From a virus: 64,000 bases of DNA. The translations under genes and the position numbers were made by a program. This document shows positions 48,435 through 58,808 of the stretch, one piece after another; within the stretch, counting starts at the first letter, position 1, and each line of letters begins with the position of its first letter. Under the pieces are notes generated by a model, which did no database searches, was not told the origin of the DNA, and saw only the letters and a list, made by a program, of their open reading frames with translations. The DNA is taken from positions 11,032 to 75,031 of the IMG/VR virus record IMGVR_UViG_2896216315_000003. The stretch is one strand, 5' to 3'.

Positions 48435-48931
48435 TATTCACCTTCCTTTACTGCCGCTGGATATGGGATTTCGGTTAAGCGAATAACGCTCAAATGGGCT
48501 GATTCACTGGATTCAACGTGACGACTAACAAAACCAATCACTCGGTCACCAGCAGCAGGAACAAGCTTGGAGGAAAGTGAGCCGTCCGTTTCATCAAAGA
48601 CAACTGGTGCATTGATTTTACCTACCCCTTCTTCGAGTTCGACGTATACTTCGCCCATTGCCAAAAACTCGCCTTGGGTGCCATTGCGCGCATGGTTCAC
48701 TTCAATACGATACGCTTTCAGGTTAATCATGATCCCCGCAAATGCCCCCTTACCACCCACTTGGACAGACTCCACAGAATCATCTTTGTAGGTATAGGCT
48801 CGACCGAAGATATTTTGTTTTTCATCCGCTGAGCTGAGAATGGCGGCAACGGCACGAATAGGCCCTGCATGACTGATTTCACCCACTACGCCAGACGTTA
48901 AGCCATGCGCCACTGATTTAGGAATTGCCAT
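48434..48931 (-). CDS. Capsid cement/decoration protein
   Basis: Position between protease and capsid genes. Confidence 0.72.
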   Translation of the reverse strand: MAIPKSVAHGLTSGVVGEISHAGPIRAVAAILSSADEKQNIFGRAYTYKDDSVESVQVGGKGAFAGIMINLKAYRIEVNHARNGTQGEFLAMGEVYVELEEGVGKINAPVVFDETDGSLSSKLVPAAGDRVIGFVSRHVESSESAHLSVIRLTEIPYPAAVKEGE

Positions 48932-50187
48932 TATTTCGCACTCCACTTGTCTAAAATTGATTGATTATTTACCACGGAATCCATCGTCACTGTGGCTTTC
49001 TGTGAATCTGGCACACGCCCTTGCATCCACGCATCTAGCGCAATGGTTTCATTGCCCTTACCACACTGGATACCCAGCTTATCAACGCCATACTCCGCCA
49101 CTTGCTGCTTGGTCATGGTTGCATGGTCAAACACGCCAAGGAACGGGGTCAACTTATGAGCTAACGAATCACGCTCGCCGATTTGTTTTAGCAGTGCGCC
49201 TGTGTCCATGGTGGGCTTTGATGCTTCCAAACGCTTAATTTTGCGCTTTAAAGATGCAATCTCATCCATTGTGCCGATGCCGTTCTTTAGGCGTTTGAGA
49301 CGGCGATTTAAGCTGTCCGTGGTGGCTTGGCCGAGATGCTCCTTGGCTTCTTGGATGGCTTCGACTGCTGTCTCAATTGCCACCTCGGCAGCTTCTACGG
49401 CTTCAGGTGTACCGGTTGTGGCTTCTTCCGCTGCAACTTCGGCAGCTGACACGGCTTCTTCCGCTTTTTGCTCTTCTTCGGGATTAGCATCAATGGATTT
49501 CTTTTCTTCTTCCGGGTTTTCATCAGTTGAAGGCTTAGTTTGTGCAATCACCTCTGCGATAATGCTTTTCAGCGCAGTGACTTGCTCCGCTGTAAACGCA
49601 CCTTCATCAGCGGTTTGCTTCTCTTTGTTTTCTTCTTCGTTCATGCGAATAAGTTCCTTTGTGTCGATAGTGATAACGAGGTGATCTTGCACAGCGACGT
49701 CAGGGCCGGTTCGCCCTTCATCCACTAATGCGAGGTGATTGCCACGTAAGTGACGCTGAATGGCGTCATAGTGCTGGCCTTCATAAATGCCAGAGGTGAA
49801 TTCATATTTACTGCGATAACCAGGGGAGAGGTCGATTTTGCCACTGTCGATATTGCTAAGCGCCACATCTGAAAAGATTTTGATATTGGCTCTAAGATAC
49901 GGCGGGTCAAAATAGACATTCTCACCAATCACCCCTTGAATGCCTTTTTTCTCTGCTGGGGTCGCGTGCTTGCCTAACATTTCATGTTCAATGATGAATG
50001 GGGTGAGTTTGAAAGAGTTGATGGTCTCTTCACTGGCCAGTTCTTCCGGTGGGCGCAATACGCGATAGATTTTGTCAGGTATCGGCGCACCAATTTCCGC
50101 CCCCAAATAATCAAAAACCCCAACTTTAGAGATGGGGTTGTCTGTTACTTCGAGCCAGCCGTTGTTGTCATAGGTTCGTTTTGTCAT
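48931..50187 (-). CDS. Prohead protease/scaffold (DUF2213-like)
   Basis: NPISKVGVFDYLG, LSPGY, NHLALVDEGRTG; acidic scaffold tail. Confidence 0.87.
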   Translation of the reverse strand: MTKRTYDNNGWLEVTDNPISKVGVFDYLGAEIGAPIPDKIYRVLRPPEELASEETINSFKLTPFIIEHEMLGKHATPAEKKGIQGVIGENVYFDPPYLRANIKIFSDVALSNIDSGKIDLSPGYRSKYEFTSGIYEGQHYDAIQRHLRGNHLALVDEGRTGPDVAVQDHLVITIDTKELIRMNEEENKEKQTADEGAFTAEQVTALKSIIAEVIAQTKPSTDENPEEEKKSIDANPEEEQKAEEAVSAAEVAAEEATTGTPEAVEAAEVAIETAVEAIQEAKEHLGQATTDSLNRRLKRLKNGIGTMDEIASLKRKIKRLEASKPTMDTGALLKQIGERDSLAHKLTPFLGVFDHATMTKQQVAEYGVDKLGIQCGKGNETIALDAWMQGRVPDSQKATVTMDSVVNNQSILDKWSAK

Positions 50188-51053
50188 GTCTCCTCGCCAC
50201 TTTCTTCCCAACTAAAATCGATTACGGGCGTCCAAAAGCATTTGCAGTTAGGTAATTGACCAGGCAATCCACGCTCGCCTGTTTTTGGGTCAATAATTGG
50301 CGGATTGTCTAAATCAAACACTTCACCATCCAGCTGTAAATGCCACTCTCTCGGCTCTGCACTTCCCCCTGAGTGGTGCCAGACTGCTTTACGAATACCC
50401 GCTGATTTCATGCGTTCATAGTTTGCCGCAGTCGTGATTTTTCGCGTTTGGTCAACGGCGATAAAATTCGCTCGGCTTTCTGTGACGCTGCCAGTGTGCC
50501 TGATTTCATCTAATAAGGTTTTCGCACCCTCGCCCCCTTGTGAGATAGAACGCAGAGCGGCACTTTCGATACGTTGATGAAATTGGCTAGGAATAGATTT
50601 AATCAAGGAAATATTTTCAGCCGTGGCGGCTATCATTCGGTCTTTTAACGCGTCTGGCATCGTAGGGGTTTTGATTGTGATACCGCCAGAGAGCTGTTTA
50701 AGGGAATCATCTAAATTACGTTGCGCGCCGATATCGACTTGGGAAACAAACTTATCGGCCATGGCGCTAGACTGTGTACTAAAGATTTTATCCCACTTGC
50801 GTTTTAACCGGTTGAGCCAAATCCGTGTTTGACTCGCAATGCTGGCATCCATCGTGGCGCCGTCAAAATCATCATTCAATTCACTAAATACGTTTTCATA
50901 GTCTTTAATCATCGAACTAATCAACCGTGACATGTCACGTTGATAACGGCTAGATGGCGCTGCTGAATACTGCAGGGGTTTGCCCTTCAATACCGCTTGG
51001 CGGGAGGTTGCCCATCTCGCCTTTTTCGTTCGGACTCGTATTCGTCTCGACAT
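50184..51053 (-). CDS. Minor head protein (Mu gpF-like)
   Basis: RANFIAVDQTRK...PGQLPNCKC. Confidence 0.87.
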   Translation of the reverse strand: MSRRIRVRTKKARWATSRQAVLKGKPLQYSAAPSSRYQRDMSRLISSMIKDYENVFSELNDDFDGATMDASIASQTRIWLNRLKRKWDKIFSTQSSAMADKFVSQVDIGAQRNLDDSLKQLSGGITIKTPTMPDALKDRMIAATAENISLIKSIPSQFHQRIESAALRSISQGGEGAKTLLDEIRHTGSVTESRANFIAVDQTRKITTAANYERMKSAGIRKAVWHHSGGSAEPREWHLQLDGEVFDLDNPPIIDPKTGERGLPGQLPNCKCFWTPVIDFSWEESGEET

Positions 51054-52452
51054 AGTCACTCTCGTTCACATCAATGCCGTAATAGCTCGACTCTTTATCT
51101 GCTGCCAGTTTTTTACGGATATCCAACCCATCAATTGCGCCCGTAGCCGCTAGAGCCGCATCCGTCTGAGCTGATTTCAACTCAATATCTGCACTCTCTG
51201 CCGCCGTTGGGCTATCGAGTGGCGCCCACGTGACCGATATTTCAGTCAGTGGTAGTTCTTCGCTACGCATCAACATATCGTAATGGCGCTGCAAAAGTTC
51301 TTCTAAGTCGTTCGATTGCACACTTTCTAGCTCTTCACGGTAGTTCGACTCTTCATATTCACCCGTGGCATTAAATCCCTTTGGCGTGGTACCCAGTAAT
51401 TTTGTAGCAGGTACATTTGCCGCCGCGGCTACCAGCTGGTATTGCGTCATAATGGTGGCATCTAAATCCGCTAACGAGGTGTCGAACTGCTGTGCAACGT
51501 CCTCTTTCCCCATTACCTGCACGCCATAGTTATCGCGCATCTCCATAAAATAAAGCATGTTTTCCTGAATGGTGTTCTTATCTGCACCTTCAGGGTCAGC
51601 CATACCGATGGTTAATAACCGTTTGGTCATCGCCAGTTGTGGCGCTTCATTGGCTGTCCGTTCTGAAGCATAGACACGCTCATAAATACGCTCTGGCACT
51701 GATACGCCGAAATAGTTATACAACGGCTTTAGCACGTTAGGCACGGGGAACGGGACAAACTTAATAAAGTGCGATTTGTGGTATTTGCGACCCGCAATCA
51801 CATAATAGGTTGGGTCGTAAAAATCCATGCTGGCAGGGTCTTGGATATTGGAGTCGGTTAAATCAGGCGTTACCCATTGTGGGTCAATTTGCTTGATACC
51901 CTTGTACATTCCTTTGGTCACACCATCGAGATTAAACGGGTTTTCATACCACTCTTTCGGGTTTGAGGTTTCCACCACAAACAACGCTAATCGACCACCA
52001 TACACACGCCCGAAGTGAATAAGCTCCTTCAAGTGATGTTGTATACGGTACTTTTTATCCCGTTTACGTAGCTTCTTGCTGATAGCGCTGTCATCGTCAT
52101 TATCGCAATCAATATCATACCCTTGGCGAATGGCATCACGGGCTGGCATATTACAGGCCTTATCCACCAGCCAATGTTTCGCAATGATGGCGCACATATT
52201 GTTGCCAATAAACATTTGCGAGGCATACCACGCCGCTTGCGATTCAGGCACGCCATAAACTTGATCTCCTTTAAATGAAGGAACGGAAGTATCGATACTG
52301 TCCATCCCCACACCGTTAATCATAGGCTGCGGTAATGCTAACCCGTTAAATCCATTCTCTTTCGCTAATGCAGGGTACAAATCTGTGGTAAATGCTGACC
52401 ACTTGGGCGGTGCAATCTGCTCTGCAATTTTTCGCCTTTTAAACGGCCACAT
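50950..52452 (-). CDS. Portal protein (DUF1073-like)
   Basis: GRVYGG, PATKLLGTTPKGFNATGE; follows TerL. Confidence 0.9.
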   Translation of the reverse strand: MWPFKRRKIAEQIAPPKWSAFTTDLYPALAKENGFNGLALPQPMINGVGMDSIDTSVPSFKGDQVYGVPESQAAWYASQMFIGNNMCAIIAKHWLVDKACNMPARDAIRQGYDIDCDNDDDSAISKKLRKRDKKYRIQHHLKELIHFGRVYGGRLALFVVETSNPKEWYENPFNLDGVTKGMYKGIKQIDPQWVTPDLTDSNIQDPASMDFYDPTYYVIAGRKYHKSHFIKFVPFPVPNVLKPLYNYFGVSVPERIYERVYASERTANEAPQLAMTKRLLTIGMADPEGADKNTIQENMLYFMEMRDNYGVQVMGKEDVAQQFDTSLADLDATIMTQYQLVAAAANVPATKLLGTTPKGFNATGEYEESNYREELESVQSNDLEELLQRHYDMLMRSEELPLTEISVTWAPLDSPTAAESADIELKSAQTDAALAATGAIDGLDIRKKLAADKESSYYGIDVNESDYVETNTSPNEKGEMGNLPPSGIEGQTPAVFSSAI

Positions 52453-52456
52453 AGAA

Positions 52457-53854
52457 TTACCTCTTGGTTGTGAAGAAACCGCCTTTTTTCTTCTGGTATA
52501 AATCACGTAGCGCCTGCGTCATCGCATCCACCGTATCGTCATGGCCAGCGAATGGGAAGGTGGTAATTTCCTCCACGGTTTCCACTATCCACGGTGCAAT
52601 ATCTTTGTGTGGTAACCACACGTTGCCAGCCTCCCATTCAGCGGTACAGGCGTGAGCACGGGCGATTTTGCTGCCATCGGGCTCAACGGGGATTAGCCCT
52701 GATACCGATGATTTAAGAGAGTCGATAACTGCAGGGCCATTGGCTTTGTCTTCCACCAGCTTACGGCGCCCTTCAGGGAATTTTTCCGCGAGCAGCTTCA
52801 CGGCATCCTTAGTTTGAGTAAAGCTCATGCGTTTTCGGATTTGATAAAGCAGATACGCATTGGCATCTTTCTTGCCCCATACCTGCCCAACCACATAGTC
52901 GGTACCGTCACTGTCTTTAAAGGTCATATCCCAACTATGAATAACCTTGTCGAATTTATCAGGTAGGTCTTTAGGTAAGTAATAGCGAACAAACTCTTCA
53001 TGGAATATTTGACCGTCGCCCGGCTTCGGTGACTGTTGATACATGGCAGACCAAAAATAATCACCCAGTATTGCTTTGGTTTCCAACAGCTTATCAATGG
53101 GATGAAGTTCAGGTACCAACGCTTCTCCTTGCTCATTAATAGCAGGGAATGCGAGTACCTTGGTTTCAGGGGCTTTTTCTTTTAATTGACCAGATAAATC
53201 ATCGCTCGCCCACCGCGTGGCCATGATAATTTCACCGCTGTTTTTTGATAAGCGGGTCTTAAAGGTCGAAACGTACCAGTTCCAAATCGATTTTTTAACC
53301 GTCGGGCTAAGTGCTTCTTTCGAGTTCTTTATCGGATCATCAATAATACCGAGGTCAACTTTCTTACCTGTTAGTGGGCCACCCACACCCGCACACACAT
53401 AGCTGCCTTTGTGATTGGCAATGCCGAATTCGTCAGAATTACGTTTAACAGCGATGCCATTCTCAGGCTTGTTGCCTAACCAACTCTTAGGAAATAACGC
53501 ACGATATTCAGCCGACATCATAATTCGCTGAACATCGGTGTTCATATCACCGGCTAAATCAGACGAATACGACAGCGCCCCAACACGCATGTTCGGGTAT
53601 TTTCCAAAGAAATAAGCGGGAAGATAACGGGAAACAATATCAGACTTACCATGCTGCGGGGGGGCACCCAATATTAATTTAGGGCGCTTTCCGTCCATCA
53701 TATCAACCAAGAACTGGTCGAGCGCATCACACACCGTTTGAGAGAAATGGCTCGTGATGTATTCAGGATTTATATACTGAATAAATTCATGCAAACTACG
53801 GCGCGCTATCTCCCTTTCGATCTCTTCATCAAATAAGCTGAAATCGATGTTCAT
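52457..53854 (-). CDS. Terminase large subunit
   Basis: PPQHGKS, IIDDPIK, VEDKANG, HDDTVDA. Confidence 0.95.
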   Translation of the reverse strand: MNIDFSLFDEEIEREIARRSLHEFIQYINPEYITSHFSQTVCDALDQFLVDMMDGKRPKLILGAPPQHGKSDIVSRYLPAYFFGKYPNMRVGALSYSSDLAGDMNTDVQRIMMSAEYRALFPKSWLGNKPENGIAVKRNSDEFGIANHKGSYVCAGVGGPLTGKKVDLGIIDDPIKNSKEALSPTVKKSIWNWYVSTFKTRLSKNSGEIIMATRWASDDLSGQLKEKAPETKVLAFPAINEQGEALVPELHPIDKLLETKAILGDYFWSAMYQQSPKPGDGQIFHEEFVRYYLPKDLPDKFDKVIHSWDMTFKDSDGTDYVVGQVWGKKDANAYLLYQIRKRMSFTQTKDAVKLLAEKFPEGRRKLVEDKANGPAVIDSLKSSVSGLIPVEPDGSKIARAHACTAEWEAGNVWLPHKDIAPWIVETVEEITTFPFAGHDDTVDAMTQALRDLYQKKKGGFFTTKR

Positions 53855-53941
53855 GGTTGTACCTTGATTCATTTATGTGATAAACCACTGTCGAACTGTT
53901 GTAAAATTAATAAAAAATTATAAATTTACTATTTATGGGAT

Positions 53942-54520
53942 CTATTCAGAAGATAGTTTCGCATATAAGACCTCTATCACCTTACGCAAAATAATGGTTA
54001 CTGGTTTTAATAACACTATTTGTACTTGTTGGTAATTTTTATTTCCATGAAACATATTACACCTAACTGAGTATATCAAATCTAGTATCCCTTCAACTCT
54101 TGTAACTACATCGTCAGACTGAATATTACTGACTAACTCCATATCTTTTTCTGGTTGTCTCGTTCCATCGAAAAGCTTTAGCTTAATGTTAAATCTTTCA
54201 TCTTCAATTAAACTTACTAGTACATTTATTGAATTAGAACAATCTCTATCATTATTAAGTTCTTCACTCAGAAACTCATGACCAATATATTTAGGCGCAT
54301 AACTTGTGGCACCTTTTCTATCAGGGAAATTCCCAGTTTGACTTACGTTTATCTCACCTTCTCTATTAAGAATAAATGTGGCTTCTGCGTATAATTTGTT
54401 ATATAGCACAAATAGTGAAAATGATTTATTAAAGTAGCTACTTATAGTCTCATCTTTATAAGCATCTGACTTTTCAAGCCAATGCCTATAGAACTCACCA
54501 ACATGTGGATGTAATGCCAT
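53942..54520 (-). CDS. HEPN-like moron protein
   Basis: AT-rich insertion between terS and terL; IYSVRCNMFHGNK (R-x4-H). Confidence 0.7.
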   Translation of the reverse strand: MALHPHVGEFYRHWLEKSDAYKDETISSYFNKSFSLFVLYNKLYAEATFILNREGEINVSQTGNFPDRKGATSYAPKYIGHEFLSEELNNDRDCSNSINVLVSLIEDERFNIKLKLFDGTRQPEKDMELVSNIQSDDVVTRVEGILDLIYSVRCNMFHGNKNYQQVQIVLLKPVTIILRKVIEVLYAKLSSE

Positions 54521-54583
54521 TATATACCGTCCATAAATAATTTATTTAAGCCTAAGAATATAACGTAATAACAATATAACTTC

Positions 54584-55582
54584 TTATTTTTTTCTTAGTT
54601 GCATAAGTTGTTCAAAACTCAAATTACTAAGATCAATCCCAGTCGATTGAATAGGCCCACCATCAGCACCAGTTATCTCAGTCTTGTTCTTAACCATTCC
54701 TAAATGCTGTGCAACCATCTTAAGGGCATCATCTTGATTACGAGTGATCACCTCAACACCAAACTTACCCCCTTTCACGCCTGCAAATAAACGACGAGCT
54801 GAGCCGGTTAAGTCTCGCGTATCGTGAAAATGCGCACGCCCAATACCCGCGCCATTACATCGAGGGCAATCGGGATTAGGGTCTAATGTGTCATCGTAAC
54901 CGTAGCCACCCACATCTTGCGGAGGTGGTTTATTTGCTGCCATGGCTTTTTTCACAGCATCGTCATATTCGACTGCATCACGCCACTGATAGTTAAATCC
55001 AAACCCCCAACAATGACGGCAGCACAAACGGCGATATTCAGTTAGTTCATTAACGTCTGCGGTCGCAATATCCCACCACATTTTTAATACGGCATCTTGG
55101 GTGATTTGAGTTCTGCGTTCTCTATCCGCTAATGCGTCTGTAATTGCGCGATTGACCTTAGCATTTCTGTACATCCGACTGGCGCCAACATATGCAGTAT
55201 TACCTTCGCCATTTCCGCCGGCTCTTTTATAAGCTGCCGTCCTATTTAAATCGACAAGATACTCATTGACGAATCTGAACTGCATATCGTTAAGCCCGTA
55301 GTTGCGTAGGTTAAACGTGTTTTCATCATCGTGCGCATTATCTTGTTCACTACTCTGCACAGTTGGTATTGCACTATTATATATAGGCTCTTTTGCGCAT
55401 TCTTTATCGTGCGCAGTGCGCAATTTCTTTTGCGCAGATTGCGCAGCTGGCCTTTTAATATATCGTCGCGCAGTTGCGTAATTGAGTCCCTGGTCTTCAC
55501 ACCACTCTTTAGGGGATATTCCTGATATAGCATGTTCGGCGAGGAACTGTTGCTGTAGCGTCCCCCAATCCGGTTTAGCCAT
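54584..55582 (-). CDS. Terminase small subunit
   Basis: FVNEYLVDLNRTAAYKRAG, CPRCNG, EITGADGGPI. Confidence 0.9.
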   Translation of the reverse strand: MAKPDWGTLQQQFLAEHAISGISPKEWCEDQGLNYATARRYIKRPAAQSAQKKLRTAHDKECAKEPIYNSAIPTVQSSEQDNAHDDENTFNLRNYGLNDMQFRFVNEYLVDLNRTAAYKRAGGNGEGNTAYVGASRMYRNAKVNRAITDALADRERRTQITQDAVLKMWWDIATADVNELTEYRRLCCRHCWGFGFNYQWRDAVEYDDAVKKAMAANKPPPQDVGGYGYDDTLDPNPDCPRCNGAGIGRAHFHDTRDLTGSARRLFAGVKGGKFGVEVITRNQDDALKMVAQHLGMVKNKTEITGADGGPIQSTGIDLSNLSFEQLMQLRKK

Positions 55583-55683
55583 CGTGTTTATCTCCTTAAC
55601 CTATTAAAAAACCCACTCGAAAGTAAGCTTTGTAATGAGTTATATTGAAAACTGGAAAATCAATTAAGTAGAAGGAAGGAATA

Positions 55684-56073
55684 ATGGATACAACTACCAA
55701 TCTATATAAAAAAGTGAAGGTTGTGAGTAAACGAACAAGTGCTTTTATTGCAACTCTTGCCTGTTATGCCGTCGCTAATGGTTTAGTGTGGTTTCTTGGG
55801 ATACGAGTTTCATGTAAATATCCAGACTTTACAAATATAGCTGAACAGGCTTGTGCTTTTTTTATTGCCATATTGTATATAGCGTTTATGTTAGATTTTT
55901 GCACTAATTATATATCATTGAAATATTTAAAATTAGAAAAGAAAAATATAATCCCAATTATCTTATATATTCTAACTATTGCCGCTATGATTCTTGCGTC
56001 ATGGGCATATATTGCATCTATATACCAACCACTATTTTCCTTTTCAAAAGAAATTTACCAGTGCACTCGATAG
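55684..56073 (+). CDS. Three-TM membrane moron protein
   Basis: AAGGA RBS, AT-rich, opposite to late genes. Confidence 0.75.
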   Translation: MDTTTNLYKKVKVVSKRTSAFIATLACYAVANGLVWFLGIRVSCKYPDFTNIAEQACAFFIAILYIAFMLDFCTNYISLKYLKLEKKNIIPIILYILTIAAMILASWAYIASIYQPLFSFSKEIYQCTR

Positions 56074-56081
56074 CATTAATG

Positions 56082-56528
56082 CTAAAGACATTGTTTTTTG
56101 ATGTAATCCTGCAACCCCTTAATCATTTGCTCTGACTCTGCAATTCGCTCTCTGAGTAACCAATAATTTCCGATAGCGGAGTAAGTAGGTCGGGCGGTGA
56201 TTGCATCATCCAAGCCGGAGGTGGCAATACTTTCGGCTTTTTTACAACTGGCTTTGATATACACCCGCTCAGGATTGCGCTCAGCAGCAATACGTAGCTT
56301 ATCAATTTCAATTTTTGCATTAGCGAGTTCCTGAGTATGTTTTGTATCGAGTTGATGAAGGGATTGGACGCGTTCTTGGTAATCTTCATTAATTTTGACT
56401 TGCTCTGTCAGCTCAACGAGTAGTTTGGCATTCTTGGTATTTAGTTCACCTATTCTTTCGTGTTGCTTCCACATTCCCCATATGGCCACCCACGCAGCGA
56501 TAAATAACAATGCTTTGACTTTATTCAT
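56082..56528 (-). CDS. i-spanin Rz
   Basis: TM + LDTKHTQELANAK...LRERI...GLQDYIKKQCL. Confidence 0.9.
   Translation of the reverse strand: MNKVKALLFIAAWVAIWGMWKQHERIGELNTKNAKLLVELTEQVKINEDYQERVQSLHQLDTKHTQELANAKIEIDKLRIAAERNPERVYIKASCKKAESIATSGLDDAITARPTYSAIGNYWLLRERIAESEQMIKGLQDYIKKQCL
56123..56320 (-). CDS. o-spanin Rz1 embedded in Rz
   Basis: Lipobox LSGC, PPPAWMM motif. Confidence 0.88.
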   Translation of the reverse strand: MQKLKLISYVLLLSAILSGCISKPVVKKPKVLPPPAWMMQSPPDLLTPLSEIIGYSESELQSQSK

Positions 56529-56548
56529 GGCGGTTACCATAGAGAAGA

Positions 56549-56722
56549 TTAAAAATTAACTTGCCGACCTTTGTAGTGATCGATAGCTTTCTGGCAGCGC
56601 TTTTCTAAACTGGCTTTATCAATACCGCATGTGTTATCTGTCATACGGTAAGCACCGAAAGCAATTATTGATATCGAAAGCAGCATAAAGAAAATTACAG
56701 CTACTATAGGTTTCCATGACAT
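56549..56722 (-). CDS. 57-aa TM protein between endolysin and Rz
   Basis: Manual translation MSWKPIVAVIFFMLLSISIIAFGAYRMTDNTCGIDKASLEKRCQKAIDHYKGRQVNF; GGAGG RBS. Confidence 0.7.
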   Translation of the reverse strand: MSWKPIVAVIFFMLLSISIIAFGAYRMTDNTCGIDKASLEKRCQKAIDHYKGRQVNF

Positions 56723-57174
56723 ATGGCCGCCTCCGCCTCTCGGCGATTAACTAGCCCACGCCATACCTTACCACCAGCGTAAACCCATTTTTTTAGTTCT
56801 TCACAAGCTCCGTATTGGTCGCCTGCATTAAGCTTTTTAAGCATTGTCGACTTAGCGAACGAGCCGGTACCAACGTTAAAAGCGAATGAATAAAGTGCGG
56901 CTTTTGTGTGTTCGTTAACAGGAACTTTAACCAGGCGATCGACCTGCAGTTTAGTTCTCATAAAATCCAACTCTAACAGTTCGTTGCATTCTTCTTTTGA
57001 ATAAATTTTATCAGGGACAATGTCTTTTCCCGTATGCCCATAGCAGACCGTCAATACCCCACCCACATCTTCATACGGCTCATATCTAACACCTTCAAAA
57101 TGTGCAATCACAGTTAAAGCAATAGCCGAAGCCCCTGCACCAACAAGCACAGTTAATTTTTGTTTGAGTGACAT
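56704..57174 (-). CDS. SAR endolysin (GH24 lysozyme)
   Basis: Ala/Gly-rich N-terminal anchor, E-x8-D-x5-T triad, GLVNRREAE. Confidence 0.93.
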   Translation of the reverse strand: MSLKQKLTVLVGAGASAIALTVIAHFEGVRYEPYEDVGGVLTVCYGHTGKDIVPDKIYSKEECNELLELDFMRTKLQVDRLVKVPVNEHTKAALYSFAFNVGTGSFAKSTMLKKLNAGDQYGACEELKKWVYAGGKVWRGLVNRREAEAAICHGNL

Positions 57175-57443
57175 TAGATATCCTTAGGCGCTTTCGCCAT
57201 AAGTTCGGCGGCTTTTCGTGCAGTAGCTGACGGATTTAGAGGGTCAGTTTTGTTAACAAGTTCTTCAAATAAACGTGTTCGCTTTCGTTGCTCTCGTCGA
57301 TTCATAAAGAAAGTCGCTAGACCAAGAATGATGCTAAACGCCATCCCTATAATAAAGCCCCATTCATAAAGTGATAGGCTTGCGAAAAATGCTGTAAGCC
57401 CAGCACTACCGTAGGCTGCGTTGCTATATTTATCCATACGCAT
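57174..57443 (-). CDS. Holin with M-R-M dual start
   Basis: TM segments, basic C-terminus, directly upstream of lysozyme. Confidence 0.85.
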   Translation of the reverse strand: MRMDKYSNAAYGSAGLTAFFASLSLYEWGFIIGMAFSIILGLATFFMNRREQRKRTRLFEELVNKTDPLNPSATARKAAELMAKAPKDI

Positions 57444-57614
57444 GATTTCACCCCCTACGGAGTGCCTGAGATTGAGTTAAAGGATAACTAACCCACTTTC
57501 TTAAATTAAAGTGAGCTGAAAATATTTTCGTGTGTCTATATGAAATGTTAAGCAAACCAAATTCATGGATAAGCTTGAACAAGCGATTAGATAGAATAGT
57601 AAAAAATAGGTCTA

Positions 57615-57671
57615 TTCTACAAAAACTGTTGAATTTAAATTTCTTTATGCTATTCTACAAAAAATGTAGAA
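57615..57671 (+). promoter_or_regulatory. Promoter with two palindromic operators
   Basis: TTCTACA-N5-TGTTGAA (57615-57633) and TTCTACA-N5-TGTAGAA (57653-57671) overlapping TTGAAT-N16-TATTCT. Confidence 0.75.
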
Positions 57672-57724
57672 CGACGATAATAAAAATAAATCCCGCAACT
57701 TGAGTCTCCGTACTGGAGGGAGTT

Positions 57725-58087
57725 ATGACGATAGCACCGAATGTTACACCGTTAGGTAAGCTGCTGAGAGGTATGCGCCAAACTGCGAATGAATTATTAA
57801 AAGATATGGCTGAAAAACTTGGAATCAGTGTTGCTCAGCTTTCTGCTATAGAACTTGGCAAAAGAAATATGTCTGCTGAATTAGCTGATAAATTACTAGC
57901 TTCGTATAATTTATCTATAGACAAAAATCAACTTTCCATTCTCATCGATACATCTCAACAGGTATATAAAGAGAATTTTGGGGAGGCTACTGAAAAACAA
58001 AGAGATGCCTTTGTAATGTTCGCAAGAAAATATAAAGAAATGTCTGATTCTGAACTAGACAATTTAATCAGCAAGTTAAATGAATAA
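57725..58087 (+). CDS. XRE-family HTH regulator
   Basis: LKDMAEKLGISVAQLSAIELGKR. Confidence 0.9.
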   Translation: MTIAPNVTPLGKLLRGMRQTANELLKDMAEKLGISVAQLSAIELGKRNMSAELADKLLASYNLSIDKNQLSILIDTSQQVYKENFGEATEKQRDAFVMFARKYKEMSDSELDNLISKLNE

Positions 58088-58099
58088 GGATATACGCTA

Positions 58100-58657
58100 A
58101 TGAGTAGAACTCGTTTTTTAGCTAATAAAGTATCACCTCTTTCACAAGACAGTATTTGGGCAGTAGCGTCCTCAGTAAGAAAAGATGCAAATGCAGCACT
58201 AGACACTAATGACCCATACATGGATGTATTGTCTGCTTTAGAATATTTGCATAATAAGGAAGCTATTCTGATGCATATTGTTGAATTCAATGAAATGCCA
58301 TCAGAATACGCTATTGCGCTACCTAAAAGTCGAGAAATCATAATTAGGGAAGATACTTATGAAAATGCTATTAATGGAGTCCCTAGAGATCGATTTACTT
58401 TAGCTCATGAACTTGGCCACATTGTACTTCATGAAAATGCACCTCAACAGTATGCATCTGCTCAATCAGTGATTTCTAATCATCATTATACTGAAGATGC
58501 TGAATGGCAAGCTAATGAGTTTGCGGCTTCTTTTTTAATAGATCTGGAAAATAAACCAGTACTGAAAACACCACTACTAATTAGCGAGACCTTTGGAGTT
58601 AGTCCTGAAGTATCAGGTATTGTATGGAGAAAATTACGAAGTTTAGGATTAGTGTAG
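58100..58657 (+). CDS. ImmA/IrrE-family zinc metallopeptidase
   Basis: RDRFTLAHELGH (HExxH), EWQANEFAASFL. Confidence 0.92.
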   Translation: MSRTRFLANKVSPLSQDSIWAVASSVRKDANAALDTNDPYMDVLSALEYLHNKEAILMHIVEFNEMPSEYAIALPKSREIIIREDTYENAINGVPRDRFTLAHELGHIVLHENAPQQYASAQSVISNHHYTEDAEWQANEFAASFLIDLENKPVLKTPLLISETFGVSPEVSGIVWRKLRSLGLV

Positions 58658-58808
58658 AAAGAAATATTAAACTTCTTTCTACACTTAAGACAGGAAGTAT
58701 ATTGCCCTTCTTGTCGCCCCTTTCGAGGAAAAACATATTCTTTGGCGAGATAATGTTAATCCTTGATCGGGTAATTGTAAAGGCAAACTTTACCCCAAGA
58801 GGTATAAC

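Noticed and set aside
50950..52452. Anti-CBASS Acb1 function sometimes attached to DUF1073 proteins
   Set aside because: Position and length fit a plain portal; no appended phosphoesterase domain is apparent.
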